From positions 1,691,513 through 1,755,512 of the forward strand of contig MU057989.1 in assembly GCA_013265495.1 (NCBI GenBank): a DNA stretch of 64,000 nucleotides. Direction: 5' to 3'. The stretch is from Vicugna vicugna (taxonomy: Eukaryota). The stretch's first letter is position 1, and each line of letters begins with the position of its first letter. Below, piece after piece: positions 50,850 to 62,545 of this stretch. Under the pieces are notes generated by a model. That model was not told where the DNA came from. It searched no databases and saw only the letters and a list, made by a program, of their open reading frames with translations. The position numbers were made by a program, and so were the translations under genes.

Positions 50850-52375
50850 GGGTTAAGGAAACATTTTAAAATGTAAAAGGAACTCAACAATCACAAACCC
50901 TGACTATCTATAGAAAAAGAAAAAGGACCTCCAGGACTTCTGTTATTAAAGGCACTGCCTGCCCAGGGACATCTGCTAAACTGTCTCGGGATCCTGCCTG
51001 CGGAAAGGTAGTGTTGTCATCTCTTCTTTAAATAAGGACTCATATGAATGCCCACGACAATTTGACTATCTGTTTTAATTAGTGAAATTAAAACTCCCTG
51101 GAGGTGTCAGGGATAAAAAAACAAGAAGACCTCATGGAGTTTTAATTAATTAATCAAAAAATAAACGATAACCAAACGTTAAGGGATAATACAGCTTTTA
51201 AAAGATTAACAATTTTAGCCCGGGTAACCTCATAGAATAAAAAAACCACCGAGTGGTTAAAATTTAGACAAACTATTCAGAATGCTTTATCATTTACTGA
51301 TCCAAAATACTGATCAGTGGAGCAGGTTACTCTAGGGACAACAGCACTGTTCTGGAGTTCATATTGACAATAGGGTTTATGACCTTGATGTTGGATCCAT
51401 CCACTCAAGTCATGTAACTACGATTACCGGTTTCTTCAATGATTGAAGCTCTGTGTTGTCTGAGTTCAGGCTGGAGTCAGTTTCTTTCAATTATACATTT
51501 CTCTCGGTATCAAAGGACAAGAGAAATAAGGTCAACTGTGCAAAACGACTTCAGCCTGACGGTATCATCACAATTCAATGAATTTATACATGCTCTACTG
51601 CAGAGCAGTGTTTGTTAAGGTGGTAGAGCCCGGAAATTGAGTAAATCTCAAAGCTTTATCTCCAGAAGTTCAAGCCCTCTTCTTTGCTAAAATGTTTACC
51701 GTCAGAATTCTTTCACTAATGATGCCAATTTTACTCAATATACCATTCCTCGCATGAAATCAAAGTCAAATTCTGGGCTATATACAAATCTGGAAAGATG
51801 GGAACACTCAGCCCCTATGGGTGACTACAACCCATTGCTGATGCAGTCAGATGATTGATTAATGAGCCACTATGATGATCGTCACTCTTATCAATTTATA
51901 TATTTACTATCGTGTCATTTCTAGCCTCCACCCTGGCCTTTGCAATATAAATTTCCCTTCTCATCCCTTTTCCGCTAGTTAATAGAAACCTACTGTTTAT
52001 GGGGAAAGGGTATAGTTTAAGTGGCAGAGCACATGCTCAGCACCCAAGAGGTCCCAGGTTCAATCCCTGGTACCTCCTCCAAGCAGAAATCAATGAAGAA
52101 ACCTAATTACCCCCCCAGCAAACAAACAACACAAGAAACCTACTGTTTATTATAGCTATATCAAGCCTAAGCTATTTATTCCATCCACTGATGGGGATGA
52201 GCTTCAGATCCAAGTACGCACTAATCAGAGCACAGACCATCTCTTATGAAGTAGCACTTATGAAGTAACGCTCTTATGAAGAGAAATTTTTCTCTTCTCA
52301 GTCCTCCTGATAAATGGATCATGTACAGTTTCAATAGGAATTATTACACAAGAACGCCTATAAATAATTTTCCCA
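50850..52375 (+). pseudogene. NUMT copy 1: 16S rRNA 3' half, tRNA-Leu(UUR) (~51614-51689), ND1 5' part (from ~51692)
   Basis: gtaaaaggaactc, ggcactgcctgcccag, tagggtttatgaccttgatgttggatc (16S); gttaaggtggtagagcccgg (Leu); ctacaacccattgctgatgcagtca, cagaccatctcttatgaagt (ND1); many indels. Confidence 0.92.
52001..52133 (+). mobile_element. vic-1-like SINE inside NUMT ND1
   Basis: 17-bp perfect TSD agaaacctactgtttat at 51984-52000 and 52134-52150. Confidence 0.9.
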
Positions 52376-52819
52376 TTTTTTTATTTTTCAGTTTTATAAG
52401 CTACAATTGTTATAGTCTGATTTGATTGCACATATACAATGGATTGCATGTGAAAACGTATACACAATATACTGCACATATTTAAAAAATTTACATGTAG
52501 GTGCTGTTCATTGCTTCTAAGAATTTTTAGAGCTTTAGCTTTTTAAACTTACATAATTATCAAAGGAATAAAGCCAACCACAAAATAAGAATTAATTCAC
52601 AAAGATACATACACTCTGCTATTAATAATTGCCAAGATATGGAAGCATCCTAAATGCACATCAATAGACGAATGGATAAAGAAGACACAGCATATATATG
52701 TAATGGAATACAAATCACCCATAAGAAAGAATGGTATTTTGCCATTTGCAGCCCTTCATTCACTTTTTTTTTCACTTCAAAACCCAGAATTTTATAACTG
52801 GGATAAACATTTCCATTGC

Positions 52820-53110
52820 ATCAAATAGAATAAAATACCTAGAAATAAGCTTAACCAAGGAGGTTACCTAGACTTTGAAAACTGTAAAACACTGATGAAG
52901 GAAATCGAAGATGATACAAAGAAATGGAAAGATATCTTGTGCTCTCGGGTTGGAAGAATCAATGTTATCAAAATGGCCACACTACCCAAAAGCAATCCAC
53001 AGATCCAACACAACCCCTGTTAAAATACTCAGGACATTTTTCACAGAACTAGAACAAACAATTCCAAAATTTATATAGAACCATAAGAGACTCTGAACTG
53101 CAAAAGCAAT
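52820..53110 (+). mobile_element. L1 ORF2 internal fragment
   Basis: agaataaaatacctagaaataagcttaaccaaggagg...gaaatggaaagatatc...ggaagaatcaatg. Confidence 0.85.
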
Positions 53111-54996
53111 CTTTTTTCTTTTTCTTTCTTCTTTTTGTTCTCTTTTCTTGTGGTTTGATGACTATAGAAGTTCCTTTAACATTTGTTGTAAAGCAGGTTT
53201 GGTGGTGCTGAATTCTTTTAGCTTTTGTTTCATATCTGTGAAGCTTGATTTCTCCATCAAGTCTGAACGAGAGCCTTGCTGGATAGATTGTTCTTGGTTG
53301 TAAGTTTCCTCCTTGCATCACTTTAAATACATCATGCCACTCTCTTCTGGCCTGTAGAGTTTCTGCTAAAAAATCAGCTAATAACCTTATGGGAGCTCCT
53401 TTGTATGTTCTTTGTTGCTTTTCTCTTGCTAATTTTAATATTTCTCCTTATCCTTAATTGTTGTCAATTTGATGACTGTGTGCTTTGGTGTGCTCCTCTT
53501 TGGGTTGATCCTGTGTGGAACTCCGTGCTTCCTGGACTCGGCTGACTGTTTTCTTTCCCAAGTTGGGGAAGTGTTTGGTTATTATTTCTCCAAAAACTTT
53601 CTCAGGTTCTTTCTCTTTCTGGGACCCCTATAATGTGAATATTAGTGCATTTCATGCTGTCCCAGAGTTCTCTTAAACTATCTTCATTTCTTTTCATTTT
53701 TTTTTCTTTTTTCTGTTCTGAAGTAGTGATTTCCACTAATCTGTCTTGTAGCTCACTGATCCGTTCTTCTGCCTCATTTAGTCTATTCTCGGTTCCTTCT
53801 AGTGTATTGTTCATTTCAGTGGTTTTATTCTTCAACTCTGTTTGGGTATTCTTTATGTTTTCCAACTCTTTGCTAAAAACATTGCTCTGTGCATCTGCAC
53901 TCCTCTTGAGGTCTCCGAACATCTTCACCATCATTACTTTAAACTCTTTCTCAGATAAAATTGCCTATCTCCTCATCACTTATTTCTTCTTCTCAGATTT
54001 TATCTTGTGCCTTGGCCTGGGAGATACTTCTTTGCCACCTCATATCCTCTATCTTTCAATGTGTTTGTGGATTCCTTCCACGGGCTTTGGGATTATTTTC
54101 TTATTTCCAGTATCTTCCCCTAGTGGATGGGGCTGGACTAGAGGCTTATGCAGTCTTCCTGGCAGGAGGAGTTGATGCCTGCCTACTGTTGGGTGAAGCT
54201 TGGTTCTGGACCTCTGGTGGGCAGGGCTGTGTCTAGAGGCAGTTGGTGGCTCAGGAAGTCTGCTGATGGGTGTGGCTGTGTTCCCACCCCATATGTTGTT
54301 TGGCCTGAAGCTTCCCTACAGGCTGTTGGGTGGGGCTAGGTCTTGGTGCTGATGATCCAATCAGGATGTCAGCCTCCGGGTAAGCTCATGTAGATTAACA
54401 TTCCCAGAATGTCCGCCACCAGCTTTTATGGCCCTTGAGTGAGCCACAGCCATCCCCTACCTCCCCAGGAGACCCTCCAAATCCAGCAGGAAGGTGTGGC
54501 CCAGGTTCCTATGTAATCGCTGCCTCTGCCCTTGGACCTGGAGCACGTGAGATTCTGTGTACATTTATCAAGAGACTGAAGTCTGTTTCCACCAGTCCTG
54601 TAGGGCTCCTGGAGTTAAGCCCCACTGGCCTTCAAAACCAGATTTCCTGGGGTCTCCTCCTCCTCTCAATGCTAGAATCCAGGGCTGGGGAGCCTGACAT
54701 GGGGCTTAGAACTGTCACTCCTGGGGGAGGGCCTCTGTGACTTAATTATTCTTCAGATTGTAGGTCGTCCACCCTGGGAGGTCAGGCGCCAAATTCTATC
54801 ACGAGTACGCCCCTCCTAACATCATGCTGTGTTCCCTCTTTATGTTCCCAGTTGAAGAGGATCTTTTTTGCTAGGTGCACAGTCTTTCTTTTTTTTTTTT
54901 TTTTTGGACAGTTGTTTAGCAGTCGGTTGTGGTTTTGCTGTAGTCAGGAGGGGAGGCAAGCTCGCAGTCCTTCCACTCTGCCATCTTGACTGGAGG
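53111..54996 (-). mobile_element. L1 5' UTR plus ORF1 segment
   Basis: ORF 53602-53934(-) ...EMNNTLEGTENRLNEAEERISELQDRLVEI...NIHIIGVPE and 53049-53321(-) LQPRTIYPARLSF are L1 ORF1p; 5' end cagtcaagatggcagag. Confidence 0.9.
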
Positions 54997-55759
54997 TACG
55001 TAGCTTTTTTAAACAATACCTCCTACCTTCCACTAAATCTCATAGTTCATAAGCCATTATTGCCCTGTTTAAACTCCCAAACAAGGCAAACTGTGTAACT
55101 ACATAAGACTCAACTAACTCATCTAATACACAGACTGCCGTTATTTAAGCAACACAAACTCAGGATGATTACAAACTAGCTGACTGATGATACCAATCAA
55201 TTACTTATATATGTAAGTATTACATAGAAAAATATTTTGCTAATTCAGCCACTTAGGTCTACCAAAATAAAAAATATACTGCATTTTAACAATCTCTCCA
55301 AAAAGGTTCAATACTAACTGTAACCTAACCCACACTGCAACACTGAATACCAATATGTCACTTGAATATATGTCTTACACATACAAAATCCTACTCACAT
55401 TTTTCATGTAACTTAATAAATTAAGTAAAGCACTGAGAATGCCTAGATGTGTTTACTAATTTCATAAAGACAGGTGTGGACCCAGCCTTTCTATTAGATT
55501 CCAATAAACTTACACATGCAAGTATCTGCATCTCATTGGGAATGCCCTCTCAATAATGAAAGACTGATCTTGGCAATTATAAATAATGTTCTTGTCAATG
55601 GCAGGGTGTATGTATCTGTTGAATTAATTCTTATTTTGTGGTTGGCTTTATTCCTTTGATAATGTAACCTTTAAAAAGCTAAAGCTCTAAACATTCTTAG
55701 AAACAATGAACAGTATATATTTTAAAATATATGTGCAGTTAAAAAAAAAAAGAAAAAGA

Positions 55760-56283
55760 AAAGACCTATCAAGCCACGAAAGACATGGAAGAAACTTAAA
55801 AGACATATTAGTAAATGAAAGAAGCCAGTCTGAAAAGGCTACAAACCATATGATTACAACCAAATGACATTCTGGAAAAGGCACAGCTACAGAAACAATA
55901 AAAAGATCATGGTTTCCAGGGGCTTGGGGAGAGAGAGGGAGGGAGGAATAAACAGATGGAGCACAAGGGATTTCCAGGGCAATGAAATTATTCTGTGTGA
56001 TACTATAGTGGTGGCTACATGTCATTATGCATTTGTCAAAACCCATAGAACGCACATCATCAAAAGTGAACCCTAGTGTAAACTACGGACTTTGGTTGAC
56101 AATAATGTGCCATGTTGGTTCATCTATTGTACCAAATATGCCACACTGATGAGGGAGGTTGAGGGTAGGGGAGTATATATGTGTGCATGGGGAGGGCTAT
56201 GTGCGAACTCTGTATTTTCTGCTCAATTCTGCTATGAACCTGAAACTTCTCTAAAAAAATTAAGGCTATTAATTAAAAAAAAG
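55760..56283 (+). mobile_element. L1MC1-like 3' end inserted in NUMT 12S
   Basis: ctatcaagccacgaaagacatggaagaaactt...gaaagaagccagtctgaaaaggctac...aaacccatagaa...gtgaaccctagtgtaaactacggactttgg. Confidence 0.8.
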
Positions 56284-56588
56284 TAATAAAAGATTGAAAG
56301 GAGCAAACTAAAGTAAACACACCAAAAAAGTAGCACACAACAGCTTAACTGTGTCCCCATGCGAAATGGCAGTGATAAAAACTGAGCCGTGAAGGGAAGT
56401 CTGACTAAGTTATATTAACATATTACAATTTGTAAATTCTGAAATAGCCACTGTGATCATAGATTAATTCATATTAATAGAAATCTAACAAAAAGCATGT
56501 TAAAGAATAGCCCAAAATACAGTCCTGGCTAAGCTGAAAAAAGCCATAGCTAAAGAAAACATGCTCTGAAAGTGATATTAATATTTCT

Positions 56589-56720
56589 TTTTTTGGTTTG
56601 TTTTAATTTTTTGTTTGTTTGGGGAATCTTTTTTTTTTTCTAGTGGAGGTGCTGGGGATTGAACCCAGGACCTTGTGCATGCTAGGCACTCACTCTACCA
56701 CTAAGCTATAACCTCCCTTC
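56589..56720 (-). mobile_element. vic-1-like SINE inside NUMT 12S
   Basis: ggaggtgctggggattgaacccaggacc; TSD a(t/c)attaatatttct at 56575-56588 and 56721-56734. Confidence 0.88.
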
Positions 56721-57422
56721 ACATTAATATTTCTGATTACACTACAGTGAGGGTCCAAACTGGGATTACATTTCCCACTATGCTTAGGCCTAAATTCAAA
56801 TAATCATAAGAATGAAATTATTTCACCAGAATACTGCAAGCAACAGCCTAAAAGTCAAAAATCATGGCAGTGGTTCACACTTCTCTGGAGGAGCCTGCTC
56901 TATAACCAATGAACTCTGATAAACATCACAAGCCCAATACACCAACATCCTCAGAAAATCCTGCTACAGAGCACTAGTGACCGTCATCATCAAACATGAA
57001 AACCTCAGGTCAGGTGCTGTCACATGGAAGAAATGACCTACATTTTCTAACTCTAGAACATAAAATAATTTCTATGAAATTTTTATGAAATAAAAAACCA
57101 AAGAGGAATTTAGTGGTAAATTAAGAATCGAAGGCTTAATTGAATCAGGCCATGAAGCACACACACACCGCCTGCCACACTCTTTAAATACTGACAACTT
57201 TGCAACCTATCAATACATTCCAAGCATACAGAAGGAAATAAGTCCTAATAAAGTAACCATCCTGGAAACTGTGCTTGGATGAATCAAAGTGTAGCTTACC
57301 CAAAAGCTCCAAGTTTCACTCAGATTTCATACCGTATGAACACTGTGAACTAAGTCTAGCCCAAACTTCCCACCAAATTCAACTTTCATAAGTAAATTAA
57401 ATAAACCACTAATTCAATATCT

Positions 57423-58215
57423 ACCAGAAAGGGACACATTGTAACTGACTGTACTTCAATTAAAAAAACAAACATCTAATGCCTGCATCAAAATTTTATG
57501 AACAAGAAAAGCTGGAGAGGGTGTGGAGAAAAGGGTACACTCCTACACTGCGGGTGGGAATATAAATTGGTGCAGTTACTATGAAGCTACTATTTGGTCT
57601 AGCAATCCCACTCCTGAGCATATATCCGGAGAACAGTCTAATTTAAAAATGATACATGTACCCTAATGTTCACAGCAGTCCTGCATGCAAGAGCCAAGAC
57701 ATGAAAGCAACCTAAATGTCCATCAAGAGATAACTGGATAAAATGGTTTGGGTCTCTGTATGCAATGGAATATTACTCAGCCTTACAACAAGAATGAAAT
57801 AATTCCATTTGCAGCAACATGGATGGGCCTGAAGACTAACACTAAAGTAACTAAGACAAAGACATACCATATGTGATTATCACTACTACGCGGGATCTAA
57901 CGAAGAGTACAAGTGAACTTATTTACAGAACAGAAGATGACCCAGAGAAATGGAGAACAAGCTCATGGCCACTAAAGGGGAAAGGTGGGAGGGATAATTT
58001 GGGAGTTGGAATTAGCAGATACAAACTATATATAAAATTGATGAAAACAAGGATGTACTGTCTAGCACAGGGAACTATATTCAATGACATCATAAACTCT
58101 AATGAAAGGGACCTGAAAAAGGATATAGGTAGGTAGAGAGATCTATATGGAATCACTCTGCTGTATACCAAAACCTAACACAACACACTAAATCAACTGT
58201 ACTTCAATTAAACAA
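57423..58215 (+). mobile_element. L1 3' end inserted at start of NUMT 16S
   Basis: gctggagagggtgtggagaaaaggg...aagcaacctaaatgtccatc...tagcacagggaactatattcaa...aatcaactgtacttcaatt; degenerate TSD attcaa(t/c)atct. Confidence 0.85.
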
Positions 58216-59311
58216 AAACTTTCATTCAACATCTTAAGTAGAGAAAGTTGAAATTTAAATGATATAGGGTATCATGAGGGAAAGATGAAAGAAACATTAA
58301 AAGCACCAAAGAGCAAAGCTTAATCCTTTAAAATTTTGCATAAGATTTAACTAGACAAGTAATGTAGAGGAATTAAGATAATTATCCTGAAACCAGATCA
58401 GCTTCTCAAGTAAAGTTTACAAGAACAAACTCATCAATATGGCAGAATAATGAGAAGATTATGAGTAAATGTGACCCTCCTCAGAAGCCAGGAACACATG
58501 GTTGTCCAAAAACAGATTTCAGTTCAACTTTAAATTTTACTTACAAAACGTATCTTTTCACATAATTTTAAATGTTCTTTTAAAAAGGTATAGTTTTTTG
58601 TTCAGGATACGCTTTTCCTAGAGAATAAGCGGAAACATCACCATTGTTGGATTAAAAGCAGCCATCAATTAAGAAAGTGTTCAAGGTCAAGAACACATTC
58701 ATCTCAATACCAATAGTCAGTAAAGAAACTCTTAATTTAATACTGGACTAATGTGTGATTTAATAGAAGCAAAACTGTTCTTGTGGGTAACAGGAAATAT
58801 TTCTCCTTGCATAAGCATATATTGCAACAGATAACCCACTGCTAGTTAACAGGAAAATAAACCTGAAGCAAATATCTAATTATTTATTAAAGCAATTGTT
58901 CACCCAAGACAGGTGAGCATTTAAAAAGAGGTTTTAAAATGTAAAAGGAACTTGGCAATCACAAATCCTTACTGTTTATTTAAAAAAATAAAAAGTAAAA
59001 AATACATATATATAGAGAGACCCTCCAGCTCTTCTAGTATTAAAGGCACTGCCTGGTCAGGGACATTTGTTCAATGGTCACAGTATCCTGACTGTGGAAA
59101 GGCAGCAGAGTCATTTTTTTTCCCTCTAACTAAGGACTTGTATAAATGGCCATACAAGGGTTTTACTATCTCTTAATCAGTGAAATTGGCCCTCCCGTGA
59201 AGAGGTGGACATAATCCAAGAAAAGAAGGACCTATGGAGATTTAATTAATCCAAAAAGTACATGATAACCAAAATCAAAGGGGTAATATAGCATTTAAAA
59301 GATTAACAATT

Positions 59312-59497
59312 GGGGGGAGGGTATAGCTCAGTGGTAGAGTGCATGCCTAGCATGCATGAGGTTAGGTCCTGGGTTCAATCCCCAGCACCTCCATTAAAAA
59401 AAAACGAAAACAAAACAAAAAAAAACCTAATAACCTCCCCTACAAACAAATAAACAAAAACAAAAAATTAAAATTAAAGAAATGTTATTCTAAAAAG
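59312..59497 (+). mobile_element. vic-1-like SINE inside NUMT 16S
   Basis: ggggggagggtatagctcagtggtagagtgcatgcctagcatgcatgagg...gggttcaatccccagcacctcc, A-rich tail; TSD aaagattaaca(a/g)tt. Confidence 0.92.
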
Positions 59498-61299
59498 AAA
59501 GATTAACAGTTTTGATTGGGGTGACCTCAAGAATAAAACAAACACAGAATGATTACAATTTAGACCAACTATTCAGAATGCTTTATCACTTACTGATTGG
59601 AAATATTGATCAGAGGAGGAGCTTACTTTAGAAACAACAGCACAATCCTACTCTGGAATTCCTGTCAACAGTAGGGTTCATGACATTGGTGCTGGATCAG
59701 TACATGCCAGTCCTGCTCTAACTGCAATGAATGGTTTGTCCAATGATTAAATTTCTGTGTTGTCTAAGTTCAGAATGGAGTAACCCCAGTCAGTTTCCAC
59801 CCAGTATACATTTCTCCCAGAAAGAAAGGACAGGAGAAATGAGGTCTATTTTACAAAACGACTTCAAATGGACACTGCAATTCAATTACTTCATACATCC
59901 TCTACTGTATGTTCCCCAGGGTTTGTTAGGGTGGCAGAGCCTGGTAATTGAGGAAAACTTAAAGCTTTATCCACAGAGGTTCAAGGCCTCTTCTTGACGT
60001 AAACGTTTACAATCAGAATTTTTTCACTGATGATTCCAATTTTATTCAATGCAGCATGCTTCCCATGAATTGAAGTCCTAGGCTACACACAAATCCGGAA
60101 AGGGCAGAAAACTGCCCACCCCCATGGGTGATTACAGCCCACTGAGGATTCAGTCAAACTACTGATTAAAGAACCACTGCGGTCATCAATCTAACCAATT
60201 TATTTATTTTTTATTGTATCAGTTTTAGCCTCCACCCTGGCTATCACAATATGAATTTCGCTTCTCATACCCTAGAAGAAATAGAAATCTAGGTGTACTA
60301 TTTATAATAGCTGTTATCAAGCCAAAGCTGTTTATACTACCCACCGATGTGGATGAGTTTCCAATTCAAATATGCACTAACCAGAGCTCTATGGGCAGAA
60401 GCACAGACCACCTTGTATGAAGCAACACTAAAATTTTTCTCTTCTCAGTCATACAAATAAGTGGATCCTGTACACTTTCAGCGAGAATCATTACACAAGA
60501 ACATCTATGACAAATTTTCCTATCTTGACGCCTACCCATAATTTGATTTCTCTCTATGCCAGCAGAAACTATTGGAGCCCCCATTTGATTTAACAGAAAA
60601 AGAATCAAAACTTGTCTTTGGCCTTGAGGAAGAAAACACTGCAGGCCCATTTGCCCTGTTCTTCCTAGCAAAGTATGTCAATATCATTATAATGAATATC
60701 TTCACAACCATCCCATTTTTAGGAGAATTTAACAACATATACATGCCAGAATTATAATCAGCCAATTTCACCATTAAAACACTCCTCTTAACAATCTCCT
60801 TTCTATGATTTTGAATATCCTGCCCACAATTTTGATAGGATCAACTTAGACAGCTCTTGTGAAAATTATTTACTAGTAGCATTAGCTCTACAAAAATGAC
60901 AAGTTTCACTGACCATCATCACAACAGAGTCACCTTGACAGGGTGGGTAAGAGATGTTTAAATACTCTTATTCCTTGAATTATAAAAACTGAAACTATTC
61001 TTAAGAATTTAAAATTCTTCATGCTACACCACATTACACCATCTACTCAATAGTAAGGTCCATTAAATAAGCTATCAGGCCCATGCCCCCAAAATGTTGT
61101 ATAATCTTTCTGTACCAGTAAACACTTTTGTTTTTACTATCATTCTACTGACCATTCTCTCAGAAATCATCATGGTAGTAACAAGCTCACACTGGTTACT
61201 GTTATCTTCATTCTAACAAAAAAATTTAACCTAAGAGCTACAGAAGCACCAAACAAATATTTCTAACAGAAAATACTGCATCAGTACTATTTCTAATAT

Positions 61300-62545
61300 C
61301 AAAAGACGTCTTGATGGACTCATGACTAATCACCTCATGCTCACACCTTAATATATTCTGGTATTTTTTAATTTGGGGGGCTGCTATGACTCAGCTATGG
61401 CCTTCAGAGGTCTTAACACAATCAAGCAACTTGTAGCTCAGCTTAAACTGAACACTATTTACCAACACCATCAACCATAATGTTACTGAGTCAATGCTCA
61501 CAGGACTTAGAACCGCATATCAGGTACACAGTCTGCTTAATCAAACCTACAACTTCCCACTAAATATCACAATACATAAGCCATCATTGCCCTGCCAAAC
61601 TCCCTAAACAAGGCAAAGCATGTAACTATACAGGATTCACATTACTCATCTAACAAACAGACTGCCCTTCATCAACGCAGTCAGGATAATTACCAACCAC
61701 CTGACTAATGTTACAAACCAACTGCTTAGATACTTAAGTTTTACATAGAAAGACAGTCCCCTAGTGTACCCCTTTAGGTCTAACAAAATTTAAAAACTAA
61801 AGTACATTTTAAGTCTTAAAAAATAATAGTTTAATACTACTTGGAACACAATACTATTTACTACAGAGAACACCAATATACCACTTAAATACGTGAGTCT
61901 CATACGTACAAAATACTTCTCAAATTGTTGATGTAACCTAATAATTTAAGCAAAGTGCTGGATGTGCCTAGATGACTTTATTAATTTCTGAAATACATAC
62001 GTGTGTCCCCAAGCTTTCTTTTAATTTCTGATTAAATTATAAATGCAAGTATCTCATCCCACTGAGAATATCCTCTAAACTATTAAAGATTAAAAGGCGC
62101 AACCCATATGGCACACTGAGAAGCACACACTTAACTACGTCTCCATTTGAAATGGCAGTGATAAAAATTATGCCATGAAAGACTGTTTTAGTAAGCTTTA
62201 TTAACACATTATGGTTGGTAAATTTTGAGCCAGCTACTGTGATCAAGAAATGAACCCATATTAATAGAAATCCAGCAGAAAGCATGTAAAGAATAGCCCA
62301 AAAGAATGTCATAACGAATCTGAAAAAAACCTAGCTAAAATAAAATAACCTATAAAAGTGACGTTAATATTTCTGGCTACACTACAGCAAAGATTTAAAC
62401 TGGGGTTATGTATCCCACTATACTTGGCCCTAAATTCAAATAATTGTAACAACAAAATTATCCTTGCATCAGCCTCAAAAACAAAGGACTTGGTGGTGAC
62501 TCATACTAATCCGGAGGACCTGTTCTGTAATCAGTAAACTCTGAA
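61300..62545 (+). pseudogene. NUMT copy 3: control region (central domain to CSBs), tRNA-Phe (~61927-61998), 12S 5' half
   Basis: tcttgatggactcatgactaatcacctcatgctcacac, gactcagctatggcc, agtcaatgctcacaggac, tgccaaactccctaaacaag; aaactggggttatgtatcccactat; aaaggacttggtggtg. Confidence 0.92.

Larger units (their letters stand above)
55000..61299 (+). pseudogene. NUMT copy 2: control region 3' end, tRNA-Phe (~55401-55472), 12S, tRNA-Val (~57285-57348), 16S, tRNA-Leu (~59925-59998), ND1 (~60003-60925), tRNA-Ile/Gln/Met remnants (~60925-61117), ND2 5' part
   Basis: Standard mammalian mtDNA order; acttacacatgcaagtatc, caaactgggatta...cccactatgctta, ggccatgaagcacacacacaccgcc (12S); attaaaagcagccatcaattaagaaag (16S); gcaggcccatttgccctgttcttcctagca (ND1); agtaaggtc...taaataagctatcaggccc (Met); gagctacagaagca (ND2). 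Confidence 0.95.

Noticed and set aside
59312..59395. tRNA-like sequence with A and B boxes (also 46431, 52001, 16660)
   Set aside because: A-rich tails, TSDs and multiple diverged copies show these are SINEs, not tRNA genes.
55401..61299. Functional mitochondrial genes or mtDNA contamination
   Set aside because: Pervasive indels and stops, truncated tRNAs and nested nuclear retroelements show a nuclear pseudogene.
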